In this document: in pieces, positions 34,510-47,986 of the stretch
Layout: the number at the start of each line of letters is the position of its first letter
How positions within the stretch are numbered: the stretch's first letter is position 1
Origin: an uncultured delta proteobacterium
GTDB taxonomy: Bacteria; Myxococcota_A; UBA9160; UBA4427
DNA length: 64,000 bases
Assembly: GCA_963822965.1 (NCBI GenBank)
Contig: CAWGJT010000005.1
Coordinates: 576,001 to 640,000, forward strand
Reading direction: 5' to 3'
Notes under the pieces: generated by a model
What the model was told of the DNA's origin: nothing
Databases searched by the model: none
What the model saw: the letters and a program-made list of their open reading frames with translations, nothing else
Made by a program: the position numbers and the translations under genes

Positions 34510-36294
34510 ATGGACGAGCAAGCGATCGACGTCGACGGCTACCGGATCAAGCGCACCCTGGGCAAGGGGGGCATGGCCACCGTCTACCTCGCGGTCCAGG
34601 AGAGCTTCGACCGCGAGGTCGCCCTCAAGGTGATGGCGCCCCACCTGGTGGCGGACAGCACCTTCGCCGAGCGCTTCCTCCGGGAAGCGCGGATCGTCGC
34701 CCACCTGGCCCACCCGCACATCGTCTCGGTCTACACGGCGGGCGTCTCCAACGGCAACTACTTCCTGGCGATGGAGCTCCACACCGGCGGAGACCTCGCG
34801 TCCAAGATCGCCGGCGGCATCGACCACGCCCAGGCGATCGACATCCTGCGCCAGATCGGCGGCGCGCTGAACTACGCGCACGCGCGCGGCTACGTCCACC
34901 GCGACATCAAGCCGGGCAACGTCCTCTTCAGCCACCACGGTCACGTGGTGCTCACGGACTTCGGCATCGCCAAGGCCGCCGACTCGTCCACCGACCTCAC
35001 CCAGGTGAAGCGGGTGGTCGGCGAGAGCGAGATGACCAAGGAGGGCTCGATCGTCGGCACGCCGAGCTACATGAGCCCCGAGCAGGCACGGGGCCAGGCG
35101 GTCGACGGACGCTCGGACATCTACAGCCTGGGGATCATGCTCTTCGAGATGCTGACCCGGCGGGTGCCGTACCAGTCGCCGGATCCGTTCGCCGTGGCGA
35201 TCATGCACATCAACGAGCCGATCCCGCAGCTGCCCCCGGAGCACGCGGTCTTCCAGCCGCTGCTCGAGAAGCTGCTGGCCAAGGATCCGAACGACCGCTT
35301 CCAGACCGGCGCCGAGCTGATCGAGGCCCTGGAGGCCCTCACGCGCAAGATCGACACGCCCGCCCCCGCCCCGGAGGAGCTGCGCACGATGATCGTGCGG
35401 CCCGGGGACGTGCCGGAGAGCGCGCGGCCGCCGGGCGGTCGCGGCCGGCAGATCGCGGGCGTGGCGGCCGGCGTGGCCTGTGCGGCCGCGGCCGGCCTCT
35501 ACTTCGCATTCGCGCCGACCCCGGTGAAGGACGAGAGCGTCGTACCCGACGGATCCGGCACGCCCACGCAGGTCCCCGCGAGCGGAGACGAAGCCTCCGG
35601 CAGCGCCCCGACTGCCAGCGGAGAGAGCGACGGCCCCGAGAGTCAGCTGGCGGCCCGGGAGATCGCGCAGCTCCTCGAAGAGGCCCAGCAGGCGATCCGG
35701 CAGAACCACCTCAGCTCGCCGCCGGGAGACAACGCGCTGGAGAAGTACCAGAAGATCTTCGAGCTCGACCCGGGCAACCGGGCCGCGCGCGAGGGCCAGG
35801 TGCAGGTGGCGGACCGCTACCTCGAGCTCGCCAAGGATGCGGTCCGCGACCGCCGGGTGGACAGCGCCCGGCGCTACGTCGACAAGGTGGCGGAGTTCGC
35901 GCCGGCCCACCCCGAGCTCGCCGCCACCCAACAGCTCGTCGCCAACGCGGAGAAACGCGGTCCGTCGGGGCGCAACGAGCTTCGCATCCTGGGTCTGCTC
36001 GGGCAGGCGCGGATCGCGCTGTCCGAGGACCACCTGACGACGCCCAAGGGAGAGAGCGCGTACGACAAGTACACGGCCGTCCTGAAGCTCGATCCCAACC
36101 ACCAGCAGGCCCTCGAGGGCATCCAGCGGGTGGCGAGCCGCTACCTGGATCTCGCGAAGGCGGAGGTGGAGCGGGGCAACTTCGACCAGGCGGCCGAGTA
36201 TCTGAGCAAGGCGGAGAGGGTCTCCCCCGGCCACCCCGGTCTCGCCCGGGCCCGCGCCTCGGCGCGGGAGGCGCGCCTGGCCGCCGGCGGCTGA
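34510..36294 (+). CDS. Hanks-type Ser/Thr protein kinase with TM and two helical TPR-like repeats
   Basis: GKGGMATVY, HRDIKPGN, DFG, GTPSYMSPE; repeated L..P.G..A..KY....LDP.N..A.EG. Confidence 0.95.
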   Translation: MDEQAIDVDGYRIKRTLGKGGMATVYLAVQESFDREVALKVMAPHLVADSTFAERFLREARIVAHLAHPHIVSVYTAGVSNGNYFLAMELHTGGDLASKIAGGIDHAQAIDILRQIGGALNYAHARGYVHRDIKPGNVLFSHHGHVVLTDFGIAKAADSSTDLTQVKRVVGESEMTKEGSIVGTPSYMSPEQARGQAVDGRSDIYSLGIMLFEMLTRRVPYQSPDPFAVAIMHINEPIPQLPPEHAVFQPLLEKLLAKDPNDRFQTGAELIEALEALTRKIDTPAPAPEELRTMIVRPGDVPESARPPGGRGRQIAGVAAGVACAAAAGLYFAFAPTPVKDESVVPDGSGTPTQVPASGDEASGSAPTASGESDGPESQLAAREIAQLLEEAQQAIRQNHLSSPPGDNALEKYQKIFELDPGNRAAREGQVQVADRYLELAKDAVRDRRVDSARRYVDKVAEFAPAHPELAATQQLVANAEKRGPSGRNELRILGLLGQARIALSEDHLTTPKGESAYDKYTAVLKLDPNHQQALEGIQRVASRYLDLAKAEVERGNFDQAAEYLSKAERVSPGHPGLARARASAREARLAAGG

Positions 36295-36358
36295 GCCCCC
36301 GATCTCGCGTGGGGACGACCGCGAGGCGGAAGTCCCGTCCACGCGCCGGCGGGACCGG

Positions 36359-38378
36359 CTACTGGCCGAACCCCGCCGCCACGACCGCGTTCCGCAGGTT
36401 CTCCCGCAGCTCGCTCGAGTCCTTGTTCTTGCGGTCCGTGAGCACCGCCGCGTAGGCGTACTGCTGGGATGCGTCGATGTAGTTGCCCTCGCGCACGTAG
36501 CGATCGGCGTCCGCCTGGTACTGCAGCTCGGGGTTCACGAGCACCTCGGCGAGCTTCTTGCCGATGGCCGCGGAGACCTCCTCGGCGAGCTGGTCCAGGA
36601 TCTCCACGTCGCTGGGCAGGTTCGCCACCTGGGGCTCCTGCTTGAAGTCCCCCATGTCCAGGCCCGGCGCGTCGACTCCCTCGAGCTCCTGCTTGGTGCG
36701 CTGGGTGTCTGCGAACAGCACCTTGGCCGAGTTCGCGTCGATCACGCGGTACGAGACCGAGAACACGCCCACCTTGCGGTGATAGACCGTCGGGATCTCC
36801 AGGTCCTCCGTCCGCTCTCGCTGGATCGTGCGGGCCGGCTCGATCTCCAGACCGGCGCGCTCCCGCTCCTTGTTGTTCATCCCGTTCCAGCGGTCCCAGT
36901 CCGGGTTCGGGACCGTCTCGGTGCCGGTCACGACGCGCTTGCGCTGGTTGAGCGAGCGCTCCGACGAGTCGACCTTGGCCTCCAGGATGTTGCCCTGCAC
37001 CAGGTAGTCGACCGCCACCAGGGCGTCGGCGTCGCCCGAGAGGCCCTTCTCCCGCTCGATCTCCTCGAGCTTCTCCCGCTCGATGATGCCCACGTCCTCG
37101 GACAGGTTCTCGTGCAGGTACTGGACGATCTTGGCGGTCACCGTGTTGCCGAACTCCGAGCCGCCGCGGTGCTGGTCGTCGAAGGGTGCCGCGGTGACCC
37201 GCTTCTGGGCCTTCTGCAGCACCTTCTCCCGGGTCTCGCGCAGCTCGCGCCGCAGGGCCGGCGATATCGGACTGCAGCTCCTGGATGACGTTCAGGTACC
37301 CCCAGGCGAGGCCGTAGAGCTCCTGCTTCCGCGCCTTCTCGTAGCGGCGATGCATCTCGTCGACGAAGGGCTGCTCCTGGGCGAGGTTCTCCGGGATTCG
37401 CCAGCCCGAGACGGGTGCGGATGTCCCGGGCCTGGGTGAAGTAGCGGAACGCGCGGTCGCAGTTCTTGGCGCGCGTGGCGTCGGCGCCGAGGGTCACGAA
37501 GTACTGGGCCATCGCATCGCCCGACTCCTCGAGACGCGGACGCAGCTTGTCGAACTTCGGCGACTCCGAGAGGGTGACGAGGGCCTGGTAGGCGTCGTCC
37601 GGCTTCTCCTTGGCGAGCGCGTCGTAGAAGCGCTGCTCGAAGAGCTTCACGTCCACCTCGGCGAGCTTGCCCTCGATGGCGGCGTCCCCGCCCTCGACCG
37701 AGGCGACGATGTTCAGCATGCGCTGGGCGTCGGAGTAGTCCTCAGCCTCGATCGCCTTCGTCGCCTGCTCGCGCAGCTGCGCCAGGATGGCGGTCCGCTT
37801 GGCGTCGTACTCCTTCTTCTCGTCCTGCCCGGACCGTAGAGTGCGCCGAGCTCGTCGTAGAGCGCGAGCTTCTGGTCCGCCTGCTCGTCGCCGAGCTTCT
37901 CGAGGGCGGCCTCCTTCTCGGCGATCGCATCCTGCGTCTTCTGCTCGCCGTCGGAGACCATGCTGGACACGCGCTGGAAGGTGGCGGGGTCCCACCGCTT
38001 GATCTTCTTGAGGCGGTCCTGCTGGGCGTCGTAGACCTTGACGGGCGCGAGACCCGAGGGCAGCGCGCTGCCCTCGACGGCGGCCTGGATCTCCTTCTCG
38101 GCCTGCTGGGCCAGGGTGCGCCCCGCCTCGGCGAGGCGAAGCTCCATGCTCTGTCGCTGGGTTTCGCCGAGGGACGGGTCCTTCAGGTCCGTCTGGATCT
38201 GGTCGTACAGCGTCTCGAGATTGCCCGCCGACGCCGCCTGCTGGAGGTCGGCCGCGGTGTACTTCTCGGGCGGGGCCGCACAGCCCGCCAGCAGAACCAC
38301 GCCGGCGAGCAACGGCGGAATCGTGCGAACGAGCGGTCCGACGGCCCGACCGCGCCGGAAGCGGGGCAGTCGGGGCAA
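36359..38378 (-). CDS. Large lipoprotein with helical repeats and a CsgG/TolB-N-like C-terminal region, frameshifted
   Basis: Lipobox VVLLAGC; pieces 37713-38378, 37138-37830 and 36359-37222 join; IIEREKLEEI.RE..LSG motif. Confidence 0.65.
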
Positions 38379-38438
38379 GCGGAGAGAGTGGGCGCAGATG
38401 TTCCAATCGCTTCATGTCGTTTTCACCGGGATGCCTGA

Positions 38439-38488
38439 TTGCGGGGTCCAGATAAGGGTTGCGGGGTCCAGATAAGGGTTGCGGGTCC
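38439..38488. repeat. 20-bp tandem repeat x2.5
   Basis: TTGCGGGGTCCAGATAAGGG x2 followed by TTGCGGGTCC. Confidence 0.9.
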
Positions 38489-38589
38489 CGAAAAATCGGA
38501 CGCCTCGACGCTTTCGGCCGGCATGATAGCCAGTATCGGCCTGAGTACCGGGAAGCATGATCCGGTTCCGCCATGGGGGCTCCCCCCCA

Positions 38590-40259
38590 GAGTGCGGGAC
38601 CCGAAGGCCGCTCGGCCCAGACAGCCCATGACGAGCAGGGACTGGGCCGACCGCGCGCCGTCGATCGCGGCGCTCATGATTCCCCCCGCGTGGCCGGCCC
38701 CTTCGCCCACCGGATACAGGTTCGAGAATCCCCGGGCGCGACGGCTCTCCGGGTCGCGCGGGAGGCGCACGGGTCCGGAGCTGCGCGACTCCACCCCCAC
38801 CAGCAGCCCCTCGGGTCCGGCGAAGCCCGGGATGCTGCGATCGAAGCGTCGCACCGCTCGGCGCAGTGCGTCGCGCACGCGGGCCGGCAGCAACACGTCG
38901 AGACGGCCGGGCGTCGGTACCGAGCTTGAAGCTCGACGCACCGCAGGACCCGGAGTCACGACCCGCCAGGAAGTCCGGGACGCGCTGAGCCGGCGCCGTG
39001 TAGTCGCCACCACCCGCCTCGAAGAACGCGCCCTCCATGGCTTCCTGGAAGCGGACACCGTCGAAGGGTCGATGGCCGAACTCGGCCGGACCGAGGGTCA
39101 CGACGAGGGCCGCGTTCGCCCAGGGCGACGAGTGGCGCGAGTTGCTCATGCCGTTCGTGCACAGCAGACCCGGGCACGTTCACGCTGGCGACGATCTGGC
39201 CGCCCGGGACACATGCAGAAGCTGTGGGCGGCCGGCAGGCCGTCGCCCGCCTTGCAGACCAGGCCGTAGTAGGCCGGCCCGAGCAGCCCTGCCTCGGGGC
39301 TCTCCCCGTGTCGGGCGCGGGTCACGAGCGCCTGGGGATGCTCGACGCGCACGCCGAACTGGAAGGGCTTTGCGGCCGCGACCAGGCCCTGCCCGACCAG
39401 CTCCGCGAGGGTGTCCCGCGCGCTGTGACCCGGCGCCAGGATCACCGCATCGCACGCGATCTCGCCGGCGCGACGTGCGCAGGGCGGTGATGCGCGCCGG
39501 ATCGCCGGCCCTTCGCCAGCCATCGACCCGGGTGTGCCAGTGGAAGCGCACGCCCTGCCCTTCGAGCTGCGCGCGCAGGCGGGGCAGGATGCGATGCAGG
39601 CGATCGGTTCCGATGTGCGCGCGGCTGTCGACCGCGATGTCGGCTGGCGCCCCCGCCGCGATCAGCTCCTCGAGGACGGGGACCTCCAGGGGATGATCGA
39701 TGCGCGTGTAGAGCTTGCCGTCGGAGTAGGTCCCGGCGCCACCCTCGCCGAAGAGCAGGTTGCTCTCGGGATCGAGGACGCGGGCTCGCTGGAAGCGTGC
39801 CACCGCGCGGCCTCGATCCGCGAGCGGGGCGCCCCGGTCGAGCAGGTCGACCGCCACCCCGTTGCGCGCCAGGGTGAGCGCCGCGAACAGACCCGCCGGA
39901 CCACTGCCGACGACCGCCACCCGGGCGCCCGCCAGAGAGGGATGCCGGACCGCGACCGTGAGAGAGCCGGAAGCCGGGCACGGCACCACGCGGCCGGCGC
40001 GCACGGCCCGCTCCCAGGCCGCCGAGCGGACGCCAGCTCGCACCACCACGTCGGCCTGGAGGGCGAACCGCAGGGAGCGGTCGCCGCCGCGTCGCCGTGC
40101 GTCCAGCGAGCGGCGCGCGATCCGAAAGCCCCGGATGTCGGATTCGCTCAAGCCCACGGCCGACAGGGCGCGCGCGCGGACGTCGGACTCGGGCTCCGTG
40201 AGCCCGGCCGTGAGGTTCCGCACCCGGAAGCTCCGGTCGCCGGCCTCGTCGCTCGACAG
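38590..40259 (-). CDS. FAD-dependent oxidoreductase (COG2509-like), frameshifted; 3' end approximate
   Basis: VVGSGPAGLF, FGEGGAGTYSDGKL, HIGTD, GVRVEHPQ, SFCMCPG, YPVGEGAGHAGGIMSAAIDG. Confidence 0.9.
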
Positions 40260-40395
40260 GGGAATCGTCTCCTTCGACGCGTCCCGGGGGCTCCCGCACG
40301 GACGCTTCCGGCGAGTCGGACGCGCCGGTCCGCCGGGCACAACGAGTAGCGGGCCGGCTCCAGGCCCGCTGCCGATCCGCCGAACCGTCCCGCAA

Positions 40396-40625
40396 CGCAG
40401 CCCGACCCGCGGGTCGGCTAGGGCCAGCGCACGAATCCTCCGGATTCGTCCGCTAGCAGGCCGACGGGATGACCCGGTTCGCAGCCCGACCCGCGGGTCG
40501 GCTAGGGCCAGCGCACGAATCCTCCGGATTCGTCCGCTAGCAGGCCGACGGGATGACCCGGTTCGCAGCCCGACCCGCGGGTCGGCTAGGGCCAGCGCAC
40601 GAATCCTCCGGATTCGTCCGCTAGC
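40396..40625. repeat. 84-bp tandem repeat x2.7 with internal palindromes (REP/BIME-like)
   Basis: Units start at 40396, 40480 and 40564; contain CCGACCCGCGGGTCGG and ACGAATCC-TCC-GGATTCGT. Confidence 0.95.
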
Positions 40626-40653
40626 CTTCCGGCCCTCGTCGGCGGGAGACCCC

Positions 40654-42415
40654 ATGGAACACAGCCGCCTCGGACCGGAGCACCGCGCGCTCAGCCTGCA
40701 CCGCATGCAGAGCGAGGTGTTCGACGTGGCGATCGTCGGCGGCGGAGTCACGGGGACGGGAGCCGCCCTCGACGCCGCCACCCGGGGCCTCACGGTGGCC
40801 CTGATCGAGCAGCGCGACTGGGCGGCGGGCACGTCGAGCCGCTCGAGCAAGCTCATCCACGGTGGGCTCCGCTACCTCGAGCAGGGCGAGATCGGCCTGG
40901 TGCGCGAGGCCCGGCGCGAGCAGAGCCTGATGCTCCGCAAGCTGTGCCCGCACCTGGTGCGGCCCGGTCCCCTTCCTGCTGCCCCTGGACCCCCGGCCCA
41001 GCCGAAGGCTCTGGCAGCGCGTCTACTACGGCACCGGGGTCCTGCTCTACGAGCTGCTCTCGGGCAAGCGGGCGCTGCCCACGCATCGCCATCACACCCG
41101 GGCGGGCGCGCTCCGGCGCTTCCCCGGGCTGCGGCCCGAGGCGCTCGCGGGCGCCATCGAGTTCTGCGACGCCCTCGTCGACGATGCGCGGCATACCCTG
41201 ACCCTGGCGCGCACGGCGGCCCGTACGGCGCGGCGCTGGCCACCAGCGTTCGCGCCGAGGGCTTCATCGACGCCGGCAGCAGCGTGACCGGCGTGCGGGC
41301 CCACTGCCTCGAGAGCGGCGAATCGATCGAGATCCGCGCCCGCCGCATCGTGAACGCCACGGGCGTCTGGACCGACGAGGTGCAGGACCTGGCCGGGCCG
41401 CGGACGCATCCACGTCCGCGCCTCGAAGGGCATCCACCTCGTGGTCCCGCGCGACCGCATCGCCGCCGATACCGGGCTGATCCTGCCCACCGCGACCAGC
41501 GTCCTCTTCGTGATCCCCTGGAAGCAGCATTGGATCGTCGGAACGACCGATACCGACTGGAATCTCGATCTCGCGCATCCGGCCGCCAGCGCCCGGGACG
41601 TCGAGTACCTGCTCGATACTTTGAATGCGGTGCTGACCACGCCGCTCACCCGGGACGACATCGAAGGCATCTACGCCGGTCTGCGGCCCCTTCTCGCCGA
41701 GGAGGAGGACGCCACCAGCCGGCTCTCCCGGGAGCACGCCGTCTCGGAATCCGTCTCGGGGCTGATCACCGTGGCAGGCGGCAAGTACACGACCTACCGC
41801 GTGATGGCGCGCGACACCATCGATCTCGTGGCGAGCGCGCTTCCCGGAAAGGTTCCTCCCTGCTGCACGGACCGGATCCCCTGCTCGGCGCGGACGGCTG
41901 GCCGGGCGCCTGGAACCGGCGCGAGGTCTCCGCCCGGGAGAGCGGCCTGCACGTGGGCCAGGTGGAGCACCTGCTCTCCCGATACGGCTCGCTCGCGAGC
42001 GAGCTGCTGGATGCTGATCGCGGGCAGACCCGAGCTCGGCAGCGCCCTCGAGGGCGCGCCCGCCTATCTCGCCGGCGGAGATCGTCCACGCCGCCTCCCA
42101 CGAAGTCGGCGCTGCATCTCGAGGACGTGCTGACGCGGCGCACCCGCATCTCCGTCGAGACCTTCGACCGGGGGCTCGCGCGCGGCGCCCGCGGCGGCGC
42201 GCTGGATGGCGACGGTGCTCGGCTGGGACGAGGCGACCGTGCAGCGCGAGCTGCGCCACTACCAGCTGCGGGTCGAGGCGGAGCGAGACTCCCAGGAGCA
42301 GCTCGACGACCTCAGCGCGGACGCCCACCGGCTGGGCGCGCCGGACGTGCGCATGGGCGACCTGCGGCGCGCGCCGGTGGTGCAGCGGCGGGCGTCGCCT
42401 TGCGCGCGCCGCTGA
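40654..42415 (+). CDS. glpD: Glycerol-3-phosphate dehydrogenase/oxidase, frameshifted
   Basis: IVGGGVTGTG.ALDAATRGL, GTSSRSSKLIHGGLRYLE, GTTDT, YAGLRPL, GGKYTTYR. Confidence 0.93.
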
Positions 42416-42433
42416 GAGCCCGAGCGGGCGGCG

Positions 42434-43225
42434 CTAACGCAGGGCCCGCCAGCCGGCCACGGTCTGCGCGGCGATGCGGGCGTCGATCTGGCGGGCGCCC
42501 CGGCGCTGTCCCTCGCGCAGCAGCGCTTCGCACACCTCGTTCACGCGGCGGGGCACGCCGCGGGTGTGGCGATGGACGACGAGACAGGCCGTCTCGCTGA
42601 AGATCGGCGCCCGGCTGCCCGCGTGCTCGATGCGCTTGCGCACGTAGCCGTGGATCTCTCCGGGCGAGAGCGGGCCGTGGTCCCGGCACAGCGCGCGGCG
42701 CTCCACCAGCCACTTCCACAGGGGAGCGACGCGGGGTCGGCCCCACCCGCGGTGCGCGCGAAGACCACCGCCTGCACCAGCCGCTCGCGGGCGGGCCCGC
42801 GCAGATCCAGCAGCTCGTCGAGGTGCGAGCAGCAGCTCGACCGGCGCCCGCTCCGCGGCGTCCAGCACCAGCACGACGCGGTCCCCGTGGCGGCGCGCCG
42901 CGAGCAGCGAGTCGCGGCACAGGCCCCGGTCGAGCACGAGCTGGTCGGCGATGGACAGGCGGAGCTCGGCCCACGACCGGCACGGATCCTTCAGCCGGGC
43001 GACCCGACAGTGCGACGCCAGCCGCCCCGGCAGCACCCGCGCCGCGCTCGACCGGCCGATGCCCGCGTCCCCGGTGATGCACAGGAGCGGCACGTCGGCC
43101 TCGATGCGGCGGACGACCCAATCGAGGGTGTCGCGCAGGGGATGCGTCGCGAGGACCGGGCCCCGCCCGGGCGTACGTCGAAGGCGGCTTGCTTAGTGCG
43201 TAGAATTCGAGATGGTTCGGCAATG
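42434..43225 (-). CDS. ExeA/GspA-like AAA ATPase domain protein, frameshifted
   Basis: [11 protein letters not shown]alker A variant, [25 protein letters not shown]; start uncertain. Confidence 0.65.
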
Positions 43226-43672
43226 ATTGCGCTCCAGCACCCCTTCCCCGGCTGCGGCAGTGATCGGAATCTGCAAGCTCCGGACCATGCGGTCGAATCG
43301 CGCCGGCAAGGGTGCGTCATCGAAAGGATTTTTCGGCGACCGGGCCGCCCGCCGTCTCGGGCCGGACGACGACCGTCACCGGGCGGCCATGGGAAGCGCG
43401 CTTCCCCCTGTGAAGGAGATTGCGGGGTGCGCCCCTCGACCCCCGGCTCCGGCACCGGCGCCGGCGGGGGTCGGGTCGGGTCCGCACACAGGGTCCCCGG
43501 GCGCCGCGGATCGTTCCCAATTCGGCGCGATCGCGCCAGATCCTATCTCGCATGCGCTAATCCTGCGACATCATCTCGTTCTCGCGCTTCACTGCGCCGA
43601 TCGACGGCCCCCGCTGCGCCAGCGACGCGGGCGCTTCCCGCCTGGAGACCGCCCGACCTTGGAGGAGAACCG

Positions 43673-45377
<1,705 letters not shown>

Positions 45378-45404
45378 CACCGTGCCGGGCCGGGGATCCG
45401 CGGG

Positions 45405-47312
45405 TCAGTCCTCGGAGCCGGCCCGCAGCGCTTCGAGGGTGTCCCAGCGGGCGTAGGCGGCCTCGAGCTCGGCCGCCAGCGCGGCGAGACGCGCGTGTAC
45501 GCGGGCCTGCTCGGCGGCTTCGCCGCTGTAGAACGCGGGCTCGCTCACGCGCTCGACCAGCCCGGCCTGCTCGGCTTCCAGCGACTCGATCTTCCCGGGC
45601 GCCTGCTCGAGCTCGCGCGCGTCCTTGAACGCCGAGCTTCGCGCGCTTCGCCTTCGCGGTCGCCACGACCTTGTCGCTCCGGGACCGACTCGACCCGAGC
45701 GACGCGCCGGCTTCGCGCTGCGGCGCAGCCAGTCCGAGTATCCGCCGACGTACTCCTGGATGTGGCCGTCGCCCTCGAAGACGAGGGTCGAGGTGACGAC
45801 GTTGTCGAGGAAGGCGCGGTCGTGGGAGACGAGCAGCAGGGTTCCGCGATAGTCGACGAGCAGCTCCTCGAGCAGCTCGAGGGTCTCGATGTCGAGGTCG
45901 TTGGTCGGCTCGTCGAGCACCAGCAGGTTGGCGGGCTGGGCGAAGAGGCGGGCCAGCAGCACGCGGTTGTGCTCGCCGCCGGAGAGCGCCTTCATCGGCG
46001 TGCGCGCGCGCTCGGGGCTGAACAGGAAGTCCTGGAGATAGCCGATCACGTGCCGGCGCTGGCCCTGCACGTCGACGTACTCGCGGCCCTCCGCGAGGTT
46101 CCAGATCACGGTCTGCTCGAGCTCGAGGGTGGCGCGCAGCTGGTCGTAGTAGGCGATCTCGAGCTTCGTGCCCAGACGCACGCTGCCCGAGGTCGGCTGC
46201 GAGCTGGCCCAGCAGGAGTCGGAGCAGCGTGGTCTTGCCGGCGCCGTTCGGCCCGACGAGACCGATGCGATCGCCGCGCATGATGCGCAGCGAGAAGTCG
46301 CGGACGATCGGCGGCATCGCTCGTCGCTCCAGGCGTAGGAGACGTGCTGGGCGTCGGCCACGAGCTTGCCCGACGCCCGCCCCTCGTCGAGGGAGAGGCG
46401 AACCCTTCCCTCGACCTCGCGCCGCTGCTGCGCGCTCCTTGCGCTGGGCGACGAGCGCCCGCACGCGACCCTCGTTGCGCGTGCGGCGGGCCTGGATGCC
46501 CTGGCGGATCCAGGCCTCCTCCTGGGCGAGCTTCTTGTCGAAGAGCGCCGCGTGTCGGGCCTCGTCCTCGAGCGCCGCCGCCTTCTTCGCCAGGAAGCGC
46601 CGGATAGCTGCCCGGCCAGGACGTCAGCACGCCTCGGTCGAGCTCGACGATTCGCGTCGCCAGCCGCGTCAGCAGCGCGCGGTCGTGGGTCACGAAGAGC
46701 ACGCCGCCGCGGAACTCCAGCAGCTGGTCCTCGAGCCACTGGATCACCTCGATGTCCAGGTGGTTCGTGGGCTCATCGAGCAGCAGCGAGATCCGGCTCG
46801 CCCACGAGCGCCCGAGCCAGCGCGACCCGGCGTCGCCAGCCGCCGGAGAGCGCGCCGATGCGGGCGTCGGCGGGCAGCTCCAGCCGCGCCAGGATCTGCT
46901 CCACCCGCTGGCCCAGGCTCCAGCCGTCGCACGCCTCGATCTCGTGCTGCAGGGCCTCCATGCGCTTCATCCACGACGGGTCGTCGGCCACGGCGTGGGA
47001 GACGTGGTGGAACTCCGCGAGCAGTCGGCCGACGTCGGCGAGCCCCGCCGCCACCACGTCGAAGACGCTGGCGTCGTCGTCGAAGGGCAGCTCCTGCGCG
47101 AGCCTGGCGATCGCGAGGCCCGGCTGGCGCCAGACCTCGCCGGCGTCGGGCATCACGTCGCCTTCCACGATTCGCAGCAGCGTCGACTTGCCCGCCCCGT
47201 TGCGGCCGATGAGACAGACCCGCTCGCCCGGGTCGATCTGGAAGCTCGCCTGCTCGAGCAGGGGGTGCCGGCCGAAGGCGATGGAGACGCGATCGAAGCT
47301 CAAGAGCGGCAT
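45405..47312 (-). CDS. uup: ABC-F family ATPase Uup, frameshifted
   Basis: Two ABC domains ([32 protein letters not shown]), [16 protein letters not shown] linker, C-terminal AYARW. Confidence 0.92.
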
Positions 47313-47519
47313 GGCACGGAGGTCACAAGCAGCATGGCACGGAGGACGGAAGCGGCATGGGGCGGGGAGCATAGGGCGCCCGGGGCGCGGTCCCATCGCC
47401 CGTGCGGGGGGAGCCCCGGCCGCAGGCACTTCTGCCCCAAGTTTCCGCCCCGTTCGGGCGATGACTCCCCCACGCCCACCCGATGCGGTTCACCCGGGTG
47501 GGGATCGGGAGTCGAGCCC

Positions 47520-47942
47520 TTGCCGACGAGCCAGACGGGAGACCGACACCGCCTCGCGCGGGCGTCCAAAAGGATCGCCGAGCAGCACCTTGCGCTCACC
47601 AAGCTCGAGGAAGAGGTCCGGGGGGCCATCACCCAGGGCGATGCCGAGCGGACCCGCTCGGCGCTGGTGCAGCTCGAGGGCACCCTGGAGGCCCACTTCG
47701 AGCTGGAGGAGCGCGCCTACTATCCGATCGCGGACGGACTCGACGCCGGGACGGCCGAGCGCTTCCGGGAGCTGCGGGACGAGCACCAGCTGCTTCGCGA
47801 AGGGCTGGGCGATCTCCGGGACGGGCTGAAGCAGGAGGGTCTCGGCGGCATGTTGCCGGCCTTCACCGCGTTCGCCCACGACCTCGCGCACCACGAGCGA
47901 CGCGAGGAGTCGCTGATGGAAGGCCTGTCGCGGAACGACTGA
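47520..47942 (+). CDS. Hemerythrin-like (HHE) domain protein
   Basis: EQH, HFELEE..YYP, DEH, HERREE spacing; TTG start. Confidence 0.75.
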   Translation: MPTSQTGDRHRLARASKRIAEQHLALTKLEEEVRGAITQGDAERTRSALVQLEGTLEAHFELEERAYYPIADGLDAGTAERFRELRDEHQLLREGLGDLRDGLKQEGLGGMLPAFTAFAHDLAHHERREESLMEGLSRND

Positions 47943-47986
47943 GAGTCCCCGCCCATGCGGCACCGGGCGACTCGGTCCGGGATCGT

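Noticed and set aside
40396..40625. CRISPR array
   Set aside because: The units are identical end to end with no spacers.
43230..43670. Sigma-54 promoter or NtrC sites for amtB
   Set aside because: I found no convincing TGGCAC-N5-TTGC or TGCACC-N5-GGTGCA by eye.
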